A stretch of 64,000 nt of DNA from an uncultured Nitrososphaeraceae archaeon (GTDB taxonomy: Archaea; Thermoproteota; Nitrososphaeria; Nitrososphaerales; Nitrososphaeraceae): NCBI GenBank assembly GCA_963838615.1, contig CAWISD010000061.1, positions 675 through 64,674 of the forward strand. The letters are read 5' to 3'. Below, piece by piece: positions 44,322 to 56,992 of the stretch (the stretch's first letter is position 1; each line of letters begins with the position of its first letter). Below the pieces are notes generated by a model, which was not told the origin of the DNA, ran no database searches, and worked only from the letters and a program-made list of their open reading frames with translations. The translations under genes and the position numbers were made by a program.

Positions 44322-45273
44322 ATGGGATATACTTTAACAATAGTCGGTGCTGCAGGAAAAATGGGAAAATGGTTTTTTGAATATTTCAATAGTTTAAAAA
44401 ATAATGCTTATCATTCAGATATTAATTGCAGTTTAATCATTGATAAAATACTGCTTTATGATGTAAGAGATATTAACTATGTATCAAATTATAAAGATGA
44501 GAACATAGTTGTCATAAACGATGTTTCTAAATCAATCAAAACATCTGATATTGTTCTACTTTGTATACCTATTAACGATATTATATCAACTATTAGTAAT
44601 AATATTACATTATTTAAACCCGAATCAATAATTATTGAGATATCATCAATAAAAACGGCGATTCATAATATTTTATTAGACGTTTCTATGATTAAGAATA
44701 TTGTGACGTTATGCATACATCCAATGTTTGGTCCTGGTGCTTCCATTTTTTCATCAAATAAAATTATATTTATACCCGTCAATAAGAATAAGTACAAGAA
44801 TCGAAACAAATCTTTTAAATAAGATTTTCCCTTTTTTTGAAAAAATTATTATTGAAGATCCAGGTAAACATGATTTAGCAATATCGGTTATTATTAGTTT
44901 GATTTATTTTATTAACTTGGTTTTTTCCAAATTTTTATTAGAACTATCTACTACAAAAGAATTTAAATTCGAAGATAATCTAATGCATTTTTTTAAAAAA
45001 ATATCTGGAAGTACTTTTAAAATTCAATCCCTATTAAGTGAAAGTATTTTAACCGATGACATTTCACTTTTTTTATCTCTTTTTATCAATAATGATAAAT
45101 CTTATGACACAATTAACAAATATGGTCATCTCTTTAACCAATTGTTAGAAAAGATAGAAAAAAAAGATATAGACTTTATAAAAAATTATATAGTATCGAC
45201 CAAAAACGGCATTTCAAAGGATATCGACATAAACAAATCTTATGACATACTATACAAATTTTTAAATTCTTAA
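44322..45273 (+). CDS. tyrA: Prephenate/arogenate dehydrogenase (frameshift near 44800)
   Basis: IVGAAGKMGKWF, EISSIK, IHPMFGP, KHD; last gene of the aro cluster. Confidence 0.85.
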
Positions 45274-45331
45274 ATAGAAAATCAAATGTATAAAACAACA
45301 TAATATATAATCCAATTTTTACTTTTAAACT

Positions 45332-46335
45332 ATGGTTGCAAGGAAATGGTTAGATAGTGAGGTATCGTTAGATCCAATTAAAAACCTAACAATTGCAGTT
45401 ATAGGATATGGAATTCAAGGATCTGCCCAAGCTTGTAATATGAAAGACTCGGGCATCAATGTCATAGTCGGTTTGAGACCTGGTGGAAAAAGTTGGACCA
45501 AGACTGAGACAGATGGTCACAAGGTTATGTCAGTTACTGATGCTGTTAAGCAATCAGACATTATACATATTCTGATACCAGATATGGAGCAAGAAAATAC
45601 ATTTAGAAATGAAATCAACCCTTACTTATCGGATAATAAAACGATAAGTTTCTCTCATGGTGCCTCAATCCATTGGAAATGGATAGTTTCCCCGAAACCG
45701 TGGATATAATCATGGTTGCACCAAAAGGTCCCGGTCAAAGGGTAAGAGAACTCTATCTTGATGGATTTGGGACTCCATCACTTGTTGCAGTTCACCAAGA
45801 TTATTCTAAAAAGGCGTGGGATAAAGTACTTGCACTAGCAAAATCTATAGGTAGTACTCGTCCTGGAGTTATAGAAACTAACTTTAAAGAAGAAGTAGAA
45901 ACTGATTGGTTTGGGGAACAGGTTGACCTTTGTGGAGGAGTTCATAATATGATAATAAAATCCTTTGAAACTCTTGTTGAAGCAGGATATCAACCTGAAA
46001 TAGCTTATTTTGAATGTTTACATGAGTTAAAGCTTATTGTAGATTTAATCCAGAAATATGGGATTACCGGAATGTATAATCGAGTTAGTGAGACTGCTAG
46101 ATATGGTGGGCTTACTAGAGGCAAAAGGGTAATAGATCAAAACTCAAAGAATAATATGAAACAAGTGTTAAATGAAATCCAATCGGGACAATTTGCGAAA
46201 GAATGGGTTGATAATTATAGAAAAGATAGCAAAATCGCATTTGCCAAATTACTTGAAGAAGTAGAAAATCATGAAATTGAAAAAGTCGGCAAAGATTTAA
46301 GAAAAATGATGTGGCCTAGTGAAACAATAAATTAA
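45332..46335 (+). CDS. ilvC: Ketol-acid reductoisomerase (frameshift near 45690)
   Basis: [57 protein letters not shown]. Confidence 0.95.
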
Positions 46336-46348
46336 GATATTATCAAGT

Positions 46349-46795
46349 CTATTGTTTTTTCTTTATATTATTTTGTATGTGATTTATAATGGTTTGAAGG
46401 CTTGTTCCAGGTCCAAAGTTTCCAGTAATGCCTTCATTTTCTAAGGCCTTTTTATCGGATTCTGGAATAACTCCTCCTCCAACTAATAATATATCATGGA
46501 TGTCTTTTTCTTTAAAAAGTCTTGATACTTTTGGAAATATTGTAAGATGTGCTCCGTTTAACAAACTCATTGCTACCACATCCACATCTTCTTCTATAGC
46601 TGTTTTAACGACTTGCTCTGGAGTGCAAAACAACCCTGAATAGATCACCTCCATTCCTGCATCTCTTAAAGCCCGACAAATAACAAGTGCACCCCTATCA
46701 TGACCATCTAAGCCTAATTTGGATACTAAAATTCTTATTTTTTTTTTAGATGCAAAATCAGATTCTTGCTTATGCATTATTGAAGAAGTAGACAT
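46349..46795 (-). CDS. Cobalamin-binding small subunit of methylmalonyl-CoA mutase
   Basis: KLGLDGHDRGA (DxHxxG), LRDAGMEVIYSGL, VGGGVIP. Confidence 0.92.
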   Translation of the reverse strand: MSTSSIMHKQESDFASKKKIRILVSKLGLDGHDRGALVICRALRDAGMEVIYSGLFCTPEQVVKTAIEEDVDVVAMSLLNGAHLTIFPKVSRLFKEKDIHDILLVGGGVIPESDKKALENEGITGNFGPGTSLQTIINHIQNNIKKKQ

Positions 46796-47034
46796 ATACT
46801 GGAATATAATAAAAGAGGAGATTAAAATATTTTTTATTCATTACCAATATTATCTAATAAATATTTTTTAGGAAAATTGATAAATTGTTATTATCGAATA
46901 TTTATCAGCCATATGTGATAATTTTTTCTTTAAATTCTAAGCAATTACAAATTCGATAATCAATTTTGAAATCGCAAATTAGAAATAGAGTAATCCTTAT
47001 TATCAATAGGGTATTATTTTAGAATCATTATAGG

Positions 47035-48254
47035 TTGATGAATAAGTTTAGTAATTTAAATTATCAAAAGGATTTTCAACTTCAGGAGATAGTATATAAA
47101 ATATCTGAGAACAGACATATAGCAGATACAGAAATTATAAACTTTATTTTGAATTCCAACACTTTTGATCTTTTAAAATTTTCACAATATCTAAGAAATA
47201 GAGAAAATAATCTTCAATATAATTACTTATTCCAGAAAAATATTTATAAATTTAATTAATCTATGCAAAGATGCTTGTTCATATTGTACCATATAAAAAA
47301 GAACCTTCATCTATCGAGTCTATTATGTTAAATCCTTCTCAAGTTCTTTCGGTGGCTGAAGCGGGACAAAAATTAAGATGTACTGAAGCATTAATTGTTA
47401 CTGGCGAACGTCCAGAGTTAAAATATGTAGAAGCAAAAAATTGGTTAAATAAACTTGGATACAGAACATTAGTTGAATTAATTGCAAATTTGAGTGAAAT
47501 GATATTAAAAAAAACAGGATTATTACCACATACAAATGCAGGAAGTTTGACAAAAAAAGAAATGTCGATGTTAAAATCTACCAATGTTAGCCTTGGGATG
47601 ATGTTAGAAAATTCTAGTGAAAAACTAATGGAAGTAGGAAAAGCTCATGAAAAAGCCCCCAGTAAAAATCCAAAGGTAAGGATTAAATCGTTAATTTCTG
47701 CAGGTGAATTAAAAATACCTATTACTACAGGTTTATTGATAGGAATAGGCGAAAGCTTAATTGATGTTATTAAATCTTTATTACTTATAAAAGAATTGAA
47801 TGAGAAATATGGTAATATTCAGGAAGTAATAATTCAAAACTTTGCACCAAAAGTAGGCACTCATATGGAAAATGCCAGCCCTCCTGCAGAAAACTATTTC
47901 TTGAAATGTATAGCAATTTCTAGAATTTTATTAAAAAATATTAATATTCAAGTTCCTCCCAACCTTACTCCAAAAGTATATTCTAGATACATCGATGCGG
48001 GTATAAATGATTGGGGAGGTATTTCGCCTTTAACTCCAGACTATGTTAATCCCGAATATCCATGGCCTGCAATAAATGATGTACAAACGGTTACCAAATT
48101 AAAAGGATTTGTCTTACGAGCAAGATTGCCAATATATCCTGAATTTATCACTAATCAAAATAAATATAAATATTTTGTAACGGAAAATATTAGAGGTTAT
48201 GTCGAAGCTTTAATAGATAATGCCGGTTTAGTTAAAGAGGAATATGCGCAATGA
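47035..48254 (+). CDS. cofG: FO synthase subunit CofG (frameshifted in the 5' part)
   Basis: NLCKDACSYC in the shifted frame, CTEAL..TGERP, LPHTNAG, GMMLE, VIIQNF.PK, QVPPNL, GINDWGGISP.TPD.VNPE.PWP. Confidence 0.92.
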
Positions 48255-49500
48255 ATATTGATACTATATTAAAAAATATAGACCCCGAAATTTCAATGAT
48301 ATTAGATAAATCACTCAGTAATAAGGAGATATCAAATTCTGATGCCATAAAACTATTCAATAGCAGGGATATCGAACTATCTCTAATAAATTTAATCGCT
48401 GATGAACTACGAAGAAGACAAAATGGGAATACTGTAACCTATGTAATAAATAGAAATATTAATTTTACAAATGTCTGTATAAAACAATGTGGATTTTGTG
48501 CTTTTAGTAGAGATTTTAGACAGGAAGAAGGATATATTTTACCAATCGAAGAAATAGTATCAAGAGCAAAAGAGGCATGGAAATATGGGGCAACGGAAGT
48601 ATGCATTCAGGCCGGATTACCACCCAATATGGATGGATATATGTATATAAATATATGTAAAGCCATAAAAAAAGAATTACCTGATATTCATATTCATGCT
48701 TTTTCTCCAGAGGAAATTCTTTATGCCTCATTAAAAGCAAATACAACTGTGCTAGAATATTTAAAAATGTTAAAGGAAGTAGGAATAGGGAGTTTACCTG
48801 GCACATCTGCTGAAATACTGGTTAAAGAAGTTAGAAACAGAATATCTCCAGGTAGAATAAGTGTAGAGGACTGGATTAATGTAATTAGGACTGCACATCA
48901 ACTTGATATTTCTACAACATCTACCATTATGTATGGTCATATTGAAACATATGAAAATATAGTAACCCATTTAGACATACTTGAGAAAAATTCAAAAAGA
49001 AACAAAACATTTTACAGAATTCGTTCCACTAAGTTTTATTCATACCGAATCTCCGATGTATAATCAAGGTTTAATTCACAACATGAAAGCAGGAGCTGAA
49101 GGCGTTGAAATTATGAAAATGCATGCAATTCCCAGGATTTTCTTTAATTCGCAAATAAAGAATATTCAGGTCTCTTGGGTAAAAGAAGGTCAAAAGTTAT
49201 CTCAAATTATTTTAGGATCAGGTGCTAATGATTTGGGAGGATGTTTGATAAATGAAAGTATATCCACTTCTGCAGGATCCCAGTATGGACAACTATTGAG
49301 ACCTAAAGATATGAGAAAACTTATAAGTTCTATTGGCAAAGTTCCTGCTCAAAGAACTTCGAATTATAAAATAATTAAAGAATTTGAAACCAAAGAAGAA
49401 ATAGAATACGAATCAAATTTAGATAAAATCGATCCATCTGTTTTTGGATCTATATAAAGAATTGATAACTCTAAATAAATATAGGTTTAAAAACAAATAA
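48251..49500 (+). CDS. cofH: FO synthase subunit CofH (frameshifted)
   Basis: TYVINRNINFTNVCIKQCGFCAF, GATEVCIQAG, LPGTSAEIL, TSTIMYGHIE, NIQVSWVK.G, GANDLGG..NESIS. Confidence 0.92.
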
Positions 49501-49588
49501 ATATTTTTATGTTTATTTTTTAATAAATTTTAAAATTATATAGATCAAAACAAAAATCTTTATATTGATTTTTTTTAAAAAATAAAAG

Positions 49589-50570
49589 TTGTTTTTAGAT
49601 AAAAGTACAAATGAATTCGGAAAAGATATTCTAATAGGTTTAAGTAATGAATTTCAAAAATCCACACCATCTAAATATCTGTATGACGATATAGGTTCAG
49701 AATTATTTGAAAAAATCACATTACAACCTGAATACTACCCAACTCGAACTGAAATAGAAATACTAGAAAGTTATGCAAATAAAATAGTAAAATATATTCA
49801 AAAAGAAATTGTATTGATAGAATTAGGTAGTGGAAGTTCAAAAAAAACTAAATTCTTATTCAATGAAATTTTAAAAAAACAAAACCAATTATATTATTTT
49901 CCTATTGATATTTCTTTTAATTTTTTAACATCGGTTGTATCAAATCTCGAAAATTCTTTAACAAATGTCATTGTAAAAGGTATTCCATATGAATATATAG
50001 ACGGCATCAACCATTGCAATAATATTTTATTTGAAAATGATATCGAAATAAAAAATATTTCCAGATTAATTATTTTTTTGGGTTCAAGTATAGGAAATTT
50101 TGAAATAGATGATGCACGTAATTTTATAAAAGATATAAGACTACATATTACAAATGATGACTTTTTATTGGTAGGATTTGATTTCATAAAAGATATTTCA
50201 TTAATAGAGTCTGCTTATAATGATACTAAAGGGTATTACTTCAAAATTTAACTTAAACCTACTAAATAGAATAAATAAAGAACTTGGTGGGAATTTTAAA
50301 ATCGAAAATTTTTCACATAAAGCATTTTACAATCAGAATAAAAAAAGAATTGAAATGCATATTGTATCTGACATAGATCAACAAGTTTTCATTTCGGCTT
50401 TAAATAAAAAAATAGATTTTAAAAAAAATGAATCGATTCATACTGAAAATTCTTATAAATATAGTCCAGAGGATATTAATAGATTGATAAAAAGAACCGG
50501 GTTCTCCATAGAAAGAGAATTCTTTGACAAAAATAATTGGTATGAATTAGTGCTCTTAAAACCAAACTAA
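49589..50570 (+). CDS. egtD: L-histidine N(alpha)-methyltransferase (frameshift near 50230)
   Basis: KYLYDDIGSELFEKIT..EYYPTRTE, ELGSGSS.KT, FLGSSIGN, AYND, SKFNLNLL.RIN, IHTENSYKY. Confidence 0.92.
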
Positions 50571-50859
50571 TAAAAGTTTATTGCAGTTTTTAAGGTTAAA
50601 TTAAATAAATACTATTTAGATAAATACCTTTTTGTATGGTGTTTTATTTAATAATAGTTTTTTTAGACAATAATGTATGAGAAGTATCATTTTTGATATT
50701 ATAAATCAATACCTTTAATTATACTAAAAAAATCATCAATCTTTTATAAGTCATATGAGTATAGAAATAAATCAGTCAAAAAATAAATAAATAATTTCAT
50801 ATTTATGTATTATAACATCAATTTAAATTAAAATATCAAAAATATTGAGGAATATCTTT

Positions 50860-52595
50860 TCATTGTTCAACTATTGATGTTTTTTGTCTTTCTATATCTT
50901 CTTTTTCTATTTTTTTGAATATTGGTTCTATTTCCTTGACTTAAAACATGGCCATTTTCTACAAGTATTTCAGATGCGGCGTACCAATCTTGTTCTTCTA
51001 AATCGGTATAATATCCTAATTGATGCCAAATTTTTTTGGCAGATGCGGGTATAAATGGATATAAAATTATAGCCAAAGATCTTGTTGCATTAATTGATAT
51101 CCATAAAGTATTATTTGAAGTTGATTTAAATTTCCATGGTTGTTTATTTTGAAAATATTGATTAAAAAATGTGCTAAATTGTAAAATTCGTTTAATTGCT
51201 TTATCTATATTGTTACTGTATATCAAATCACCAACTTCAAAGGCTATATTCTCTATTTTTCCTATCGCCGTCTTATCTAATTCATCCAATTCAAATGGAG
51301 ATGGAACAATGCAATTGAATTGTTTTTTTGTAAAAGATAGTGTTCTATTTATAAAATTTCCGATATTGGAAATAAGTTCATTATTTATTTTTTCGTAAAA
51401 ATTATCCCAATCAAAATTGATATCTGATTGCGAATAAGGTACAATGGAAGAAAAATAAAATCGCAAGTAATCAGGATAAAAATTATTGACAAATTCTCTT
51501 AAACCTATATACCAATTTTTACTTTTTGATAGTTTTCGATTTTGAAATAAAAGATGACCTCTAGTTATTATTTTATCAGGCAATTTATACTCTTTATTAA
51601 TTCCAATTCTAATAGCAGGTAAGAAAAGGTAATGATGATAAACTATATCTTTTCCTATGTAGTGGTATATTTCCGAATCATTCCATAATTTTTTTCCATC
51701 CTTTTTTAAAATAGTGGAGGCAAATGTTTCTAGAGATGATATATAGCATAAATGGTTATCAAACCACCCATAGAAAACCTTGTCATTATGAGCTTTTGAG
51801 TTATCTATAATTGGTATTGGTACTCCCCAACTAAGATCTCTTGTAATATCCCAATCCTGTAATCCTGATTCGATCCAATTTAGTACATATTTTACAATAT
51901 CAATTTGAAGATTATGATTATTTAATAACCAATTTTTTAAATCATTGGAAAAATCAGATAATTTAAAAAAATAATGATTGCTTTCTTTTTTTATAGGACT
52001 TTTCCCACATATCGCACATTTCGGATCCAAGATTTCTTCAGGTACTCTTCCACAAGATTCACACAAATCCGAATATTGATTTTCCGCATTACAAAATGGA
52101 CATTTTCCAATAACATACCTATCAGGTAGATATTTGTTATCATAAGGACAAAAAAATTGAACAACCTGTTTTTCTATTATATGGTTTTTTTCATATAATT
52201 TTAAAAAAACATATTGAACAAAATCGATATTTTCTTTTGAACTTGTTTTATAAAAAAAATCAAAAATAATTCCGACCGATTCGAAATCTTTTTTATCTTT
52301 TTCATTCCATATTCGAACATACTCTTGTGGTGTTTTGCCTTCTTTTTCTGATTTTATTAGAATTGGATGTACCAAAATCATCAGTTGCACAAATATGATA
52401 TATTTGACTCCCAGTTAGTTTAATAAATCTAGTAAAAACATCTGCAGGTAAATAGGTAGAAGCAATATGCCCCAAATGAATTTCCCCATTTGCATATGGT
52501 AGTGCTGAAGTCAGTATTATTTTTTTATCTTTTATTTTTATATGCTCATTCTTGTTCTTTTGTTCTCTTTTAATATTGTTATTATTTACTTTCAA
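50860..52595 (-). CDS. metG: Methionyl-tRNA synthetase (two frameshifts)
   Basis: TSALPYANGEIHLGH, zinc knuckles, DWDITRDLSWGVP, YGWFD, IGKDI, KLSKS. Confidence 0.95.
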
Positions 52596-52806
52596 GATTT
52601 CATTAGTCTTTATTATTTAATACTTTAGAAGAATTATTTGAATCTGAATCAATATTTCTTTTATTATAAAATGACGGACTATCCATAGTTTTCTTTCTTT
52701 TCTTTATGTAGCATATCAAAAGAATTTTAATTTAACTATATATAGCAGATTTTTGCTTTTAAATAAACGTTTAATAATTTTTAAATTATAACCATATATT
52801 CAGTAA

Positions 52807-53112
52807 ATGACTTGGGTAAAAATTGCAAATAAAGATGAAATTTATGAGGGAAATGGAAAAGAAGTAACTGTAAATGGCCAAAGAATAGCTCTATTTTTAT
52901 CTAATAATAAATATTATGCCATTGAAGCGTTATGTAGACACCAGGATGGATCCCTTGCTCCGGGAAAAGTACAGGGAGAAGTAGTCGAATGTCCTTTGCA
53001 TTTCTGGCATTATAATATAAGAACCGGTGAATTATTGGATTATATTGATGGCGTGAAACTCGATACTTTTGATATTGAAGTTAGAAAAAATGAAATCTAT
53101 CTAGATATTTAA
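52807..53112 (+). CDS. Rieske [2Fe-2S] ferredoxin
   Basis: CRH..GSL and ECPLH.W.Y (CxH...CxxH). Confidence 0.9.
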   Translation: MTWVKIANKDEIYEGNGKEVTVNGQRIALFLSNNKYYAIEALCRHQDGSLAPGKVQGEVVECPLHFWHYNIRTGELLDYIDGVKLDTFDIEVRKNEIYLDI

Positions 53113-53138
53113 TTTTTAACATATATTGATCACTTTCA

Positions 53139-54554
53139 ATGAAATTATTAAATACTCTTACAAATCAATTAGAAGAGTTAAGTTATTCTAATAATACTAT
53201 AAGAATATATCTTTGTGGAGTTACCGTTTATGATGATTGTCATATAGGTCATGCAAGGACTATAATAGTTTTTGATGTATTGAGAAGATTTTTTTTATCT
53301 AGGAATTTTAAAACTATATTTATACAGAATTTCACAGATATAGATGATAAAATAATAAATAAAGCAGAGATCGAGCAAACCAAATTTGATATAATTACTG
53401 AAAAATATATTAAAAGTTATTTTAAAGATTTTGATACATTAAATGTTCTTCGAGCTACATTATATCCAAAAGCAACTGAACACATTAATGATATAATTGA
53501 ATTTATAAATGGGTTATTACAAAAAGGTAAAGCTTATATAGGAATAAATGGAGTTTACTATAAAGTTAAATCATTTCCAATGTATGGCAATCTTTCTAAA
53601 AAAACGCATGAATCATTGGAAGCAGGAGCTCGTATTGAAATTGATGAAACAAAAGACGATCCAAGGGATTTTGCTTTATGGAAATTTTCTTCAAAAGAAC
53701 CAAATTGGAATAGCCCATGGGGATCAGGAAGGCCAGGATGGCATATTGAGTGCTCTGCAATGGCAACAAAATATTTAGACAATTGTATTGACATTCATGG
53801 CGGAGGACAGGATTTAATATTTCCACATCATGAAAATGAAATTGCTCAATCAGAAGGATTGTTTAATACACTATTTGCTAAACTTTGGCTTCATGTTGGT
53901 ATGGTAACAATAAACTCGGAAAAAATGTCTAAATCTTTAGGCAATACAATAAAAATTTCAGAACTTATAAAAAAATTAAATCCAAATATAGTTCGACTAT
54001 TTTGTTTATCTTCTCACTATTCAAAACCTTTGGATTATTCTGATGAGACTATGATTGAAATACGTAATAAATGGAGTCAAATAGAACATGTTTACTACGA
54101 ATTAACATATCGCATTGACAATAATATTAAATTAGATCAAACTTTTACTAATTCTACTTTTAATCCTACCGTTTTTAAAAATGAATGTAGGCTAATTTTC
54201 AAAGAGTTTGAAAATTTTATAGAAGATGATTTGAATTTCTCAAATGCATTAACATCTTTTTTTAAATTTATCAATATAATGAATAACATTTTTTCAACGG
54301 AAACACATGATAAAGAGATTTTCTCTTTTTCCTTTAAACTCTTAGAAAAGTTTATGTTCATTCTAGGTTTAAAAATTAATCCGATTTCAGAAAAAGAAAA
54401 AGGCGAAATCCAATTATTGGTAGAAAAGAGAAGCCAATTTAGAAATAATAAAAACTATCAAGAATCGGATAAAATTAGAAAGGAACTTTCAAGTAATTTT
54501 GGTATAGAATTAATTGACCATAAGGGTTTTACTGTTTGGAAAAAAATTAAATAA
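53139..54554 (+). CDS. cysS: Cysteinyl-tRNA synthetase
   Basis: CGVTVYD.CHIGH, DFALWK, GRPGWHIECSAM, HGGG.DL.FPHHENE, KMSKS. Confidence 0.97.
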   Translation: MKLLNTLTNQLEELSYSNNTIRIYLCGVTVYDDCHIGHARTIIVFDVLRRFFLSRNFKTIFIQNFTDIDDKIINKAEIEQTKFDIITEKYIKSYFKDFDTLNVLRATLYPKATEHINDIIEFINGLLQKGKAYIGINGVYYKVKSFPMYGNLSKKTHESLEAGARIEIDETKDDPRDFALWKFSSKEPNWNSPWGSGRPGWHIECSAMATKYLDNCIDIHGGGQDLIFPHHENEIAQSEGLFNTLFAKLWLHVGMVTINSEKMSKSLGNTIKISELIKKLNPNIVRLFCLSSHYSKPLDYSDETMIEIRNKWSQIEHVYYELTYRIDNNIKLDQTFTNSTFNPTVFKNECRLIFKEFENFIEDDLNFSNALTSFFKFINIMNNIFSTETHDKEIFSFSFKLLEKFMFILGLKINPISEKEKGEIQLLVEKRSQFRNNKNYQESDKIRKELSSNFGIELIDHKGFTVWKKIK

Positions 54555-54561
54555 TTTAGTT

Positions 54562-54930
54562 TTATTCAAATTTTGGAAAATAGAGGTTCACTTCTTCTAA
54601 TTCCAATATTGGAATATATATTGAAAGTGTATCTAACCCAATATTTTCTACAAAATTAAATTCTCCGGTAAGTCTTTTTAATTGAATGAATTTTTTATGA
54701 ATTGTTTCAGAAGGAATAAAATAATGTATTGTGGTTCCGCCAATATTACCCGTTTGAATAAACAATACCTCTTTATTATTTTTATAAGTATGATAAAGCA
54801 TCGGTATCAAACCTATGGGAGATTGAGATGAATATAAAATAACTTTCAACATATCTTCCAATGATTTGTATTTAAAGAAGGTTAGATTTTTATTAAATTC
54901 TGATTGACTATTACCGCCATTGTTAATCAT
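54562..54930 (-). CDS. Hypothetical protein
   Basis: Clean 122-aa ATG ORF, convergent with cysS. Confidence 0.7.
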   Translation of the reverse strand: MINNGGNSQSEFNKNLTFFKYKSLEDMLKVILYSSQSPIGLIPMLYHTYKNNKEVLFIQTGNIGGTTIHYFIPSETIHKKFIQLKRLTGEFNFVENIGLDTLSIYIPILELEEVNLYFPKFE

Positions 54931-55044
54931 AAAATATTTCTACTAACGCATTATATGATTTTTTTGTTATTGTTTTCTTGTTTACTATCATAGATAAAAA
55001 GTTAATTTATAATTTATGTATTAATAAACTATAGTATATAATAA

Positions 55045-55534
55045 ATGAAGAAATTAAACCCAAAAAAAACAATGATTATTGGTACTGTATTAGCAGTAGG
55101 TATTATTTTGTTGCTTTCAATTAATTATCGATTATTACCTTTATCCAAAGATACTTATCCAAATTATTTAAAAGAAATAACAGGCAAATCTATAAATTTA
55201 ACAAGATCTTATCAAGACGAAGTTGCTTTATGGAACAGTCATTTTTATTCTAATACAACTATGGCAAAAATAACAGAAACATTATTTACCAAAATTTATG
55301 ACTCAGCTTAATCAATTTAATAACACTGAGGCACCAACAACATATAGCAAAGTAAAGGAAAATTATTTAAAGTCATTTGCTAACGAAATTAAAAGTTACG
55401 AATTATTTGACGAATTTTTGAAAACCAAAAACTCTACTGCAAATAAATTATCAAATGATTATTTATCTGCGGCACTAAAATATGAGACAATAGCTCGCAC
55501 TGCGTTTACAGAAGCAAATAACAGCAGTCGATAA
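55045..55534 (+). CDS. Hypothetical membrane-anchored protein (frameshift near 55285)
   Basis: N-terminal TM segment; two overlapping ORFs join into one helical protein. Confidence 0.65.
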
Positions 55535-55833
55535 ATATTTGTAACTCAAACTATTGATATAATCATTTTAATCTTTTCTTTACCTCTGTAAATGTTACTT
55601 TGTTCTAGGTCAAAATGATAAGGCAGTTAACGTAGTAAGTTAATGTGCGTAAAGTTACAATACGTTATTAATAATCATAGCATGATATAATGATAAAAGA
55701 AGAGACGGATAATTGTTTGAGTTTCATTAGTAGCGAAAAATGAATAAATGATTAATAGACAATTAAAATTATTTTATGCTGATATTAAAATTATAAACAA
55801 ACATCTATAATGCTTTATTTAAAATAACCTATA

Positions 55834-56819
55834 TTGAAAATAAATTTATCTTCTTATAATCATTTAACCTGTATGAATCACAAGGAAAAAAAGAATTATC
55901 TTGTTTTAGAAAGTTATATTGTTGATCCTATAAATAATAACGATTGTATAGAAGGAATTTTAATATGTAATGAGTGTAATCAAAAATACCCTATAATTGA
56001 TGGCATAGCTGTAATTATTAATAATTTTGTTAGTACTGCTCTGAGAGAATGATTACCTTTGGAAAATGGCTTTTAGAGGTAAAAAGTGATAAATTAAAAG
56101 ATTATCTTAAAGATGTCGCTAAAAAAATAGAAAAAAAAAATATTATAGATAATAAATATGAAACTGATGGGATATATTATCAAAGCTATAATTGGTTACA
56201 TAATGAAAATTTTGAGAGCGATAAATTCCTGCATTTATTGAGGTGGAAAATAAAACCATCGGATATATATAGAAAATTGGCTTCAAACATAATTTACAAT
56301 CCGGAGGGTATGGCTTTGGATTTAGGATGCGCTTTGGGTTTATCAACATTTGAAATTGCAAAAAAATTTTCATTTGTAATTGGAGTAGATACTTCATTTT
56401 CTTTTATTAAAGAAGCCCGAAAAAAATCTATAGAACAAGGAGTAACCAATACCGAATTCATTGTTGCAGATATCTTGTATCTTCCGTTTAAAAATCAAAA
56501 ATTTGATCTAATTTTTGGTCTCAACATCATTGAATTTGTATCTGTAACTAAATTATTAGGCGAAGTTCATAACCTATTAAAACCTCATTGTACTTTTATC
56601 ATTACTTCTCCTTACGATTATAATCGTGAAAATATTTATGAACAAAAAATGGATGATATTAAAATGAGAGAAATAGTCCAAAAAAATGGCTTTGAAATCT
56701 CTCATCGAACACAACAAGAATCATTTATTCCATGGATGTTAAAGATTAACGAGAGAACATATTTATTCTATTTTCTTGATCTTATAGAAGCTAAAAAAAT
56801 CTCCAAACATAAATATTAA
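55834..56819 (+). CDS. Trm112-like zinc-binding domain plus class I SAM methyltransferase (probably one gene, frameshift near 56035)
   Basis: LTCMNH..EGILICNECNQKYPIIDGI, followed by ALDLGCALG, GVDTS, VADI..LPF..FDLI, LLKP, SPYD. Confidence 0.8.
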
Positions 56820-56992
56820 TTTCAAAAGAGTTTTTTATTATAATTTCATCTTTAATTTGGAAAAGTATCTAAATTACTATTATAAAACATGATAATATCA
56901 AATTGCAGTGTTAAATGAAAATTATCTTATTTTTTATCAGGGAATGGAGAGAAAGGAAATAAAAATTTGGTATCCATATTGATAATATTACT

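Noticed and set aside
45332..52595. Programmed frameshifting or true pseudogenisation of ilvC, cofG, cofH, egtD and metG
   Set aside because: There are too many unrelated indels with no shared slippery motif, and essential genes are affected. Sequencing error is more parsimonious.
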